21,546 nt of DNA from Pirellulales bacterium (GTDB taxonomy: Bacteria > Planctomycetota > Planctomycetia > Pirellulales > JAICIG01), in assembly GCA_040901675.1 (NCBI GenBank), contig JBBDYJ010000033.1, positions 1 through 21,546 of the forward strand, in the 5' to 3' direction. This document shows, one piece after another, positions 15,613 through 21,546 of this stretch. Position 1 is the first letter of the stretch. Each line of letters starts with the position of its first letter. The notes below the pieces were generated by a model that was not told where the DNA came from, made no database searches, and was given only the letters and a program-made list of their open reading frames with translations. A program made the position numbers and the translations under genes.

Positions 15613-16422
15613 TTACCACTGCCCCGGCAGGCTAGCAAGCAAATCCTTGACGAGATGCGAGTAATCCTCGTACGCCGTAATATCCGGCGGGCCGGGCGCA
15701 TACAAGTACACGGCCTCCTCCGGCCGCCTGGTCAAGGCGATCAACGACGAAGATACCGTGCCCCCGGCCTCTGTCCGCAGCACGATCGACGCCCCCGAAG
15801 CAGGACCCTCCACACGATGGCTGCAAACTCTCCTGGCCGTGGCCAGAAACTCGGCCGCCGAGCCAATCTCCTGCTGGTCGAACAGCCGCCGGGCCAGACT
15901 CAGCCTGGCGTCGGCCGGGTCGTTCAGGTCCTGGTTGGTGATCAGATGCCGCCCCGGCGCCAGCTCGATCCGTTCCAGCCGGTCGCCGGCGTGGATCACC
16001 CAGCCGCTTTCAAAGTCGACACAGGCGAAGTTGGCCCCCGCGTAACAGCCCCGGGCCAGCTCCTCCATGGCCCGCCGGCTGGCTTCCTCCGCCCCCGGAC
16101 TATCGAGCAGCTCTCCGCAGAGCGTCCCACGTGAACGCAGCGGCTGTTTGCGAGCCGCGGCACGGCGATTGGTCACCGCAACCAGCAGGCCGTGCTCGTT
16201 CACCCCCAGCCATGTCCCGCCCGCGCGCTGGTCGATACCGCACAGCACCCGGGGAGCAACCGAGCCGGCTTGATCCCCCCGCCGGCTGCGCTCCTCCGTG
16301 AAAATCGCCCCCTTCACGATCCGCGGCGGCAGGGCCGGCCGGTCGAAGGCCTCCTCCCGGTTGGCCGCCACCAACACCGGCGCCTCCGGCAAGAGCTTCC
16401 AATCGATGACCAGCAGGCACAT
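15613..16422 (-). CDS. NRDE/TANGO2 family protein (Ntn-hydrolase-like)
   Basis: MCLL start with N-terminal Cys, VAANREE (NRDE motif), AGGTWLGVNEHG..AVTN, RSRG.L, GTVSSS. Confidence 0.9.
   Translation of the reverse strand: MCLLVIDWKLLPEAPVLVAANREEAFDRPALPPRIVKGAIFTEERSRRGDQAGSVAPRVLCGIDQRAGGTWLGVNEHGLLVAVTNRRAAARKQPLRSRGTLCGELLDSPGAEEASRRAMEELARGCYAGANFACVDFESGWVIHAGDRLERIELAPGRHLITNQDLNDPADARLSLARRLFDQQEIGSAAEFLATARRVCSHRVEGPASGASIVLRTEAGGTVSSSLIALTRRPEEAVYLYAPGPPDITAYEDYSHLVKDLLASLPGQW
16253..16294. repeat. Palindrome inside the NRDE coding sequence
   Basis: GGAGC..AGCCGGC-TTGATCCCCCC-GCCGGCT..GCTCC, encoding a hydrophilic stretch (ERSRRGDQAGSVAP) between conserved motifs. Confidence 0.45.
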
Positions 16423-16600
16423 GCTCGCACACTCACGGCGGCCCGGCAAAAATGGCCTCGCGCCGGCCTTGTGGAGCCTTCGCGAAAGCCTTAGGCTGTC
16501 GGGTTCAATCCTCTGGGGCGCCAGAGCTTAGTATCGACGCTGCCCGCGCAAAAGCGCGCCGCGGCGAAGCCTCTGGCAGTTCGCCTTTCAGTGTACAGAA

Positions 16601-17722
16601 ATGGCCGCCGTCAAATCAGACCAACCGCTGCGGATCGCCATCGTCGGTGCCGGCGCAGTCAGCGACTATCACCACGTTCCGGCCATCGCGCTGGACCCGC
16701 GCGCGCGGTTGGTGGCCGTCTGCGACGCCGATCCGGCCTTGCTCGAGCGGCGGCGCAGCGAGTGGGGAGTGCAAAAAACCAGCACCGACGCCGAGGCCCT
16801 CTGCGCCGACCGCGACATCGACGCCCTGATCATCGCCACGCCCAACTTCACCCACCGCCCGATCGCCGTGGCGGCCGCCCGTGCCGGCAAGCACGTGATG
16901 TGCGAAAAGCCGCTGGGGCTGAACGCCGGCGAAGTCCGCCAGATGTACGAAGCGGCCCGCGACGCCGGCGTGGTCCACATGACCGCCTTCACCTACCGCT
17001 TTGCCCCCGCCATGCGGTACATGAAGCACCTGGTGACGACCGGCGCCTTGGGCGAGCCACGGCATTTCCGCTCGCAGCGGTTCCTGGACCTGCCCGAGAC
17101 CAGTTGGGGCTGGCGGCAATACCAGCATCTGGCGGGAGCCGGCGACCTGTTCGACATGACCATCCACCGCATCGACTTTGCCATCGACCTCTTGGGTCCG
17201 CTCACGCGGGTCTGTGGCGCCGTGGCCCGCTTTGCGCCGCGCACCACGACGCCGGATGGCCGCTCCTGCGAACCGTCGAACGTCGACGACTGGTCGAGCC
17301 TGATCGGCGAGTTTGCCGGCGGGGCGGTCGGCGTCTGGGAAGGCACCACGCTGGCCAAGGGCTACCATCGCGATGGGTTCGGGCACGAGTGGGCCGAAAT
17401 CAACGGATCCGAGGGTTCGGCCGTGTACCGGCTGCACGAGCCCAATACAATACTACTGGGCAAGAGCGGCCGCGACCTGGCTCCCGAGCCGGTGCCCGCC
17501 GAGTTCTTAAAACCCTCCGGCAGTCCGCGCGATCCGAGCCAGGGAAAGCCGGCCACCGTGTTTCGTTACGACCTGGTCTGGGAGTTCGTTTCCGCCATCG
17601 TTGCCCGCAGGCAGGCGGTTCCGAGTTTTTATGACGGACTGAATGCCCAGCTCGTCGCCGACGCCGTGCTGGAGTCTTATCGCCAGCGGCGTTGGATCGA
17701 CACGCCGCCTGCCGGCCGGTGA
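16601..17722 (+). CDS. Gfo/Idh/MocA family NAD(P)-dependent oxidoreductase
   Basis: LRIAIVGAGAV Rossmann motif, IATPNFTH, GKHVMCEKPL, F.YRF.P, GAGDLFDMTIHRID. Confidence 0.92.
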   Translation: MAAVKSDQPLRIAIVGAGAVSDYHHVPAIALDPRARLVAVCDADPALLERRRSEWGVQKTSTDAEALCADRDIDALIIATPNFTHRPIAVAAARAGKHVMCEKPLGLNAGEVRQMYEAARDAGVVHMTAFTYRFAPAMRYMKHLVTTGALGEPRHFRSQRFLDLPETSWGWRQYQHLAGAGDLFDMTIHRIDFAIDLLGPLTRVCGAVARFAPRTTTPDGRSCEPSNVDDWSSLIGEFAGGAVGVWEGTTLAKGYHRDGFGHEWAEINGSEGSAVYRLHEPNTILLGKSGRDLAPEPVPAEFLKPSGSPRDPSQGKPATVFRYDLVWEFVSAIVARRQAVPSFYDGLNAQLVADAVLESYRQRRWIDTPPAGR

Positions 17723-17727
17723 CCATA

Positions 17728-18747
17728 ATGAGTGAAACGCCTTCCAACTATCATGCCCCCTTGCGGAAGCTGACCGGCGTGCAGGTCTTGGCCACCGGCA
17801 GCTACGTGCCCGATCCGGTCGTCACCAACGACGACCTGCACGCTTCGCTCGGCTTCGACTCCGCCTGGATCGTGCAGCGGACCGGCATTCGCGAGCGCCG
17901 CCATGCCCCTCCCCACCAGGCCACCAGCGATCTGGCCGTGCGTGCCGCCCAACGCTGTCTCGACCGGGCCGGCGTCAGCCCAGACGAAATCGACCTGGTA
18001 TTGGTCGGCACGTTCACCCCCGACATGTCGTTTCCCGCCACCGCCTGCCTGGTGCAGGACCGGCTGGGCATCCGCGCGCCGGCCGTCGACATGCAAGCCG
18101 CCTGCGCCGGCTTTGTCTACGCCATGATCACCGGCGCTCAATTCGTCGCCACCGGCTGCAGCCGGCGGGCCTTGGTGATCGGGGCCGACTGCAATTCGCG
18201 CGTCTTGAATCCCAAGGACCAGCGGACCTATCCCTTGTTCGGCGACGGCGCCGGCGCGGTGCTCTTGGCCCCGGGCAGCCCAGAGCAGGGCCTGGTCTCG
18301 TATGCCCTGGGCTCCGATGGCTCCGGCGCCGGTCTGCTCAGCCGTCCCATGGGCGGCTCGCGGATGCCCATCGAGTGCGAACGGCTCGAGCAAGGCCTGC
18401 AATACATGCAGATGGACGGCCGCGCCGTCTTCAAGTGGGCCGTGCGGCTCCTGGACCAGTCGATCACCGACGTGCTGGAGGCGGCCCAGATGAAAGCCGG
18501 CGACATCGACCTGGTCGTGCTGCACCAGGCCAACATCCGCATCATCTATGCCGCCACCGACGTCCTGGGCATCGAGCGCCGCAAGGTGATGCTGAACCTC
18601 GATCGCTACGGCAACACGTCGGGCGGCAGCATTCCGCTGGCCCTGGACGAAGCTTTTGACCAGGGCCGCATCAAGCGAGGCGACCGCATTCTGATCAGCG
18701 GCTTCGGCGCCGGCCTCGCCTGGGGCACCGCCATCCTGCGGTGGTAA
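17728..18747 (+). CDS. fabH: 3-oxoacyl-ACP synthase III
   Basis: GSYVPD..VTNDDL, WIVQRTGIRERR, AACAGF (Cys), LFGDGAGA, MDGRAVFKWAV, LHQANIRII (His), YGNTSGGSIP (Asn), GFGAGLAWG. Confidence 0.93.
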   Translation: MSETPSNYHAPLRKLTGVQVLATGSYVPDPVVTNDDLHASLGFDSAWIVQRTGIRERRHAPPHQATSDLAVRAAQRCLDRAGVSPDEIDLVLVGTFTPDMSFPATACLVQDRLGIRAPAVDMQAACAGFVYAMITGAQFVATGCSRRALVIGADCNSRVLNPKDQRTYPLFGDGAGAVLLAPGSPEQGLVSYALGSDGSGAGLLSRPMGGSRMPIECERLEQGLQYMQMDGRAVFKWAVRLLDQSITDVLEAAQMKAGDIDLVVLHQANIRIIYAATDVLGIERRKVMLNLDRYGNTSGGSIPLALDEAFDQGRIKRGDRILISGFGAGLAWGTAILRW

Positions 18748-18750
18748 GCC

Positions 18751-20565
18751 ATGCTCAAAACCGCCGTCAAAGTCAAAAGGGTGCCCCGCCGAAGCGAGGT
18801 CAAGCCGGCGGATCAGTGGGACCTTTCCACGCTGTTCGCCTCCGATGCCGATTGGGAGCGGGCCTTCACCCGTTGGGAAAAACGAATCGCCGGCTACGCC
18901 AAGTACCAGGGCCGCCTGGGCGACTCGGCCCGCACGCTGGCCGACTGCCTGAAGTTCGATACCCGCTTCGACCGCGAAGGCGAAAAGCTGGGCACCTACG
19001 CCTTTCTCAAGTCGGCCGAAGACACCGCCAACAGCGACTATCAGCGGATGCTCTTGAGGCACCGCAACGCCTCCAGCCGCGCCGCCCAGCAAGCCAGCTT
19101 CCTCCGCCCGGAGATCCTGGCCATCCCCGCTCGCCGGATGAAACAGTTCCTCGCCTCGCGCGAGCTGGCCCCCTACCGGCTCCTGCTCGAGCGGCTGCTC
19201 CGCTATCGGCCCCATACGCTCAGCGACCGCGAAGAAAAACTGCTGGCCATGCAGAGCGAGATGTCGGAGGCAGCACCCCAGATCTTCCGCCAGCTCAACA
19301 ACGCTGATCTCAAGTTCGGCCTGATCGCCAACGAGCGCGGCCAGCAGATCGAGCTGAGCCACGCCTCGTTCGCCGCGCTGTTGCACTCGCCCGACCGGGC
19401 CGTGCGGCGGGCCGCCTTCCAGCAGTACTATCAGCAGTTTGCGGCCCACGAGAACACCTTGGCCGCCACGCTGGCCGGCGCCATCCAGCGCGACGTGTTC
19501 CACGCGCGGGCGCGCGGTTTCTCCGGCTCGCTGGCGGCCGCGCTGTTTCCCGACAACGTGCCGGCCGCCGTGTACGAGAATCTGATCGCCTCGGTCCGCC
19601 GCCACCTGCCCGCCCTGCACCGCTATTACGACCTGCGGCGCCGCAAGATGGGCCTGGCCGACATCCATCACTACGATACCTACGTGCCGATCCTCGCTGA
19701 CCTGGAAAAGCGGCACACCTGGAAGCAGGCGGTCGACGTGGTGGTCGAGGCGCTGCGCCCGCTGGGCGAAGAATACTGCCGTGTGCTGGCCGAGGGCCTG
19801 TCGGGCCGCTGGTGCGACCGCTACGAGAACCAAGGCAAGCAGAGCGGCGGCTTCAGCAGCGGCTCGTACGACGGCGCGCCCTACATCCTGATGAACTACC
19901 AGGCCGACGTGCTGGACCACGTGTTCACGCTGGCCCATGAGGCGGGCCACTCGATGCACTCCTATTACTCGGCCCGCAGCCAGCCGTATCAATACTACGG
20001 CTACACGATCTTCGCGGCGGAGGTGGCCAGCACCTTCAATGAGCAGCTCCTGAGCCGGCATCTGATGTCGCGGGCCAGCAGCTCGCGCGAACGGGCCTTC
20101 CTCATCAACCGCGAGATCGACTCGATCCGGGCCACGCTGCTGCGGCAGACGATGTTCGCCGAGTTCGAGAAGATCACGCACGAGCTGGCTGAGCTGAACG
20201 AGCCCTTGACCGTCGACCGCTTCAAAAGCGTGTATCGCGATCTGCTCGAAGCGTACTTCGGCCCCGATTTCACGCTCGACGAGCAGTTGTCGCTGGAGTG
20301 CTTCCGCATCCCCCACTTCTACAAGGCGTTTTACGTCTACAAGTACGCCACCGGCATGGCGGCCGCCATCGCCCTGGCCAAGCGGGTCGCCGAGGGAGGC
20401 CGGCAGGAGCTGGCCGACTACCTCAACTTTCTCAAGGGCGGCTGCTCCAAGGACCCGCTCGACCTCCTGCGCGACGCCGGCGTCGACATGCGCCAGCCTG
20501 CGCCGGTCGACACGGCGCTGGCGCATTTCGGCAGTCTGGTCGACGAGCTCGATGAGCTGTTGTAG
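18751..20565 (+). CDS. pepF: Oligoendopeptidase F (peptidase M3B)
   Basis: WDLSTLF, GKQSGGFSSG, PYILMNY, TLAHEAGHSMHS (HEXXH), AEVASTFNE, RQTMFAEFE, IPHFY..YVYKYATG. Confidence 0.95.
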   Translation: MLKTAVKVKRVPRRSEVKPADQWDLSTLFASDADWERAFTRWEKRIAGYAKYQGRLGDSARTLADCLKFDTRFDREGEKLGTYAFLKSAEDTANSDYQRMLLRHRNASSRAAQQASFLRPEILAIPARRMKQFLASRELAPYRLLLERLLRYRPHTLSDREEKLLAMQSEMSEAAPQIFRQLNNADLKFGLIANERGQQIELSHASFAALLHSPDRAVRRAAFQQYYQQFAAHENTLAATLAGAIQRDVFHARARGFSGSLAAALFPDNVPAAVYENLIASVRRHLPALHRYYDLRRRKMGLADIHHYDTYVPILADLEKRHTWKQAVDVVVEALRPLGEEYCRVLAEGLSGRWCDRYENQGKQSGGFSSGSYDGAPYILMNYQADVLDHVFTLAHEAGHSMHSYYSARSQPYQYYGYTIFAAEVASTFNEQLLSRHLMSRASSSRERAFLINREIDSIRATLLRQTMFAEFEKITHELAELNEPLTVDRFKSVYRDLLEAYFGPDFTLDEQLSLECFRIPHFYKAFYVYKYATGMAAAIALAKRVAEGGRQELADYLNFLKGGCSKDPLDLLRDAGVDMRQPAPVDTALAHFGSLVDELDELL

Positions 20566-20632
20566 CAACCTGGGGACCAAGCCGGTCGCGAGGCGAGTTG
20601 GCATGTCGCTCAGGACGTGCTTCCAAGGCAGG

Positions 20633-21481
20633 CTATAGAAGCGTGTAGGGTGCAACGCCGAGGACTCGCGCCATGGCAATCAGCAGAGACCTGCTCGGAT
20701 TCGCTATGCGCCCCTTCTTCGATCCTGTCTCCAGAATCTGCCAGTACGACTCGGACACACCGGCGGCGGCGGCAGCCTGTTGAATCGAGAGACCCGCCGA
20801 GTGTCGCAACTGGCGTACCCGCTTTTCGAAAGCCTCTTGCTTAAGTGGTGTGGCGCGTTTCTTCGCCAGTTGGCGTTCCGCGGATCGATAGCGGGCCACC
20901 GCCTGCTCGGCTCCTTTAAACAATCCGCAGCTTTCGGCCTCCCTTCTGATCCGAAATACTTGGCTTTTCGCCAAATCGAACCGCCTGGCGATATCGGATG
21001 GAGAACGGCCCGACATGATCTCGCCGATGACCCGCAGTGTTCTGGTTCGCAACGGGCGACCGGGCGGCTTTCGATGCACTGCGGCCACTTCGACGCCATG
21101 CTCCCGGCAAGCCACCCGAACCGTGCTGACGCTTAAGCCAAGCCTGCCGGCCACGCGGCTTGGCCTTTCGCCCGACCGGACCGCTTCGGCCGCTTCCCGG
21201 CGCCGTTTGGCCCGTTCCACGTTCGCCCCGGCTTGCACTCCATGTTCGCGGCAAGCCTCCAGTACGATGCCCAAGCGTAAGCCGTACCTGCGGGCGATGC
21301 GGCTCGGGTCTTCGCCCGACTGGACGGCTTCCGCCATTTCCTGGCGCCGTTTGGCCCGTTCCCGCCGAGACATGGATCGGAGGCGATGCTCCCGGCAAGC
21401 CAACCACACGGTGCCGAAGGTTAAACCGTACCTGCGTGCTACGTCGCTCGCGTCTTCGCCCGACCGGACGGCCTCGGCCAT
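20633..21481 (-). CDS. Multi-HTH DNA-binding protein: three 48-aa HTH repeats, a fourth HTH and a C-terminal XRE/Cro HTH
   Basis: Repeats (M/A)AEAVxSGExxSxxAxRxGLxxxxVxxACREH with a 144-bp DNA period, then GRSPSDIARRFDLAKSQVFRIRRE, then XRE-like RVRQLRHSAGLSIQQAAAAAGVSESYWQILETG..NPSRSLLIAMARVLGV. Confidence 0.85.
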   Translation of the reverse strand: MAEAVRSGEDASDVARRYGLTFGTVWLACREHRLRSMSRRERAKRRQEMAEAVQSGEDPSRIARRYGLRLGIVLEACREHGVQAGANVERAKRRREAAEAVRSGERPSRVAGRLGLSVSTVRVACREHGVEVAAVHRKPPGRPLRTRTLRVIGEIMSGRSPSDIARRFDLAKSQVFRIRREAESCGLFKGAEQAVARYRSAERQLAKKRATPLKQEAFEKRVRQLRHSAGLSIQQAAAAAGVSESYWQILETGSKKGRIANPSRSLLIAMARVLGVAPYTLL

Positions 21482-21546
21482 TTCCTGGCGCGTAACCGTT
21501 CACGGGCTTGGCCATGATTCTACCGCGGCTACGGGCGTAGCGGGAG

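Noticed and set aside
17677..20679. 1000-aa minus-strand ORF
   Set aside because: Antisense shadow of fabH/pepF caused by high GC3 bias, with no recognisable motifs.
21092..21491. 144-bp repeats as a DGR template/variable repeat pair
   Set aside because: The repeats are in-frame protein repeats, no adenine-specific mismatch pattern was evident by eye, and no reverse transcriptase is present in the window.

Overview
GC-rich bacterial chromosomal window. The gene content suggests Planctomycetota, possibly Pirellulales (inferred from STN-domain paralogs, DUF1579, a stand-alone CHC2 zinc finger and the repeat types). The backbone is housekeeping: bioD, aguB-aguA (agmatine to putrescine), a DUF1579 protein, aroE, a SAM methyltransferase, rarA, a LysM/L,D-transpeptidase, pyrE, a PD-(D/E)XK-like nuclease, two STN/secretin-N-like paralogs, an NRDE/TANGO2 protein and a Gfo/Idh/MocA-fabH-pepF operon. 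The most striking unannotated structure is a 629-bp transposase-less element (6838-7466). It has ISL3-like 25-bp terminal inverted repeats and an exact 8-bp target duplication (TTACAATT). Nested inside is a 399-bp cassette bounded by a perfect 25-bp inverted repeat, whose only cargo is a primase-type CHC2 zinc-finger gene that appears frameshifted near its end. Also notable: a five-HTH protein with three 48-aa repeats whose predicted recognition helices vary, a tandem-domain orphan protein, a REP/BIME-like cluster, 7-mer and 8-mer tandem arrays, and a palindrome lying in frame inside the NRDE gene. No rRNA, tRNA or CRISPR array was seen.
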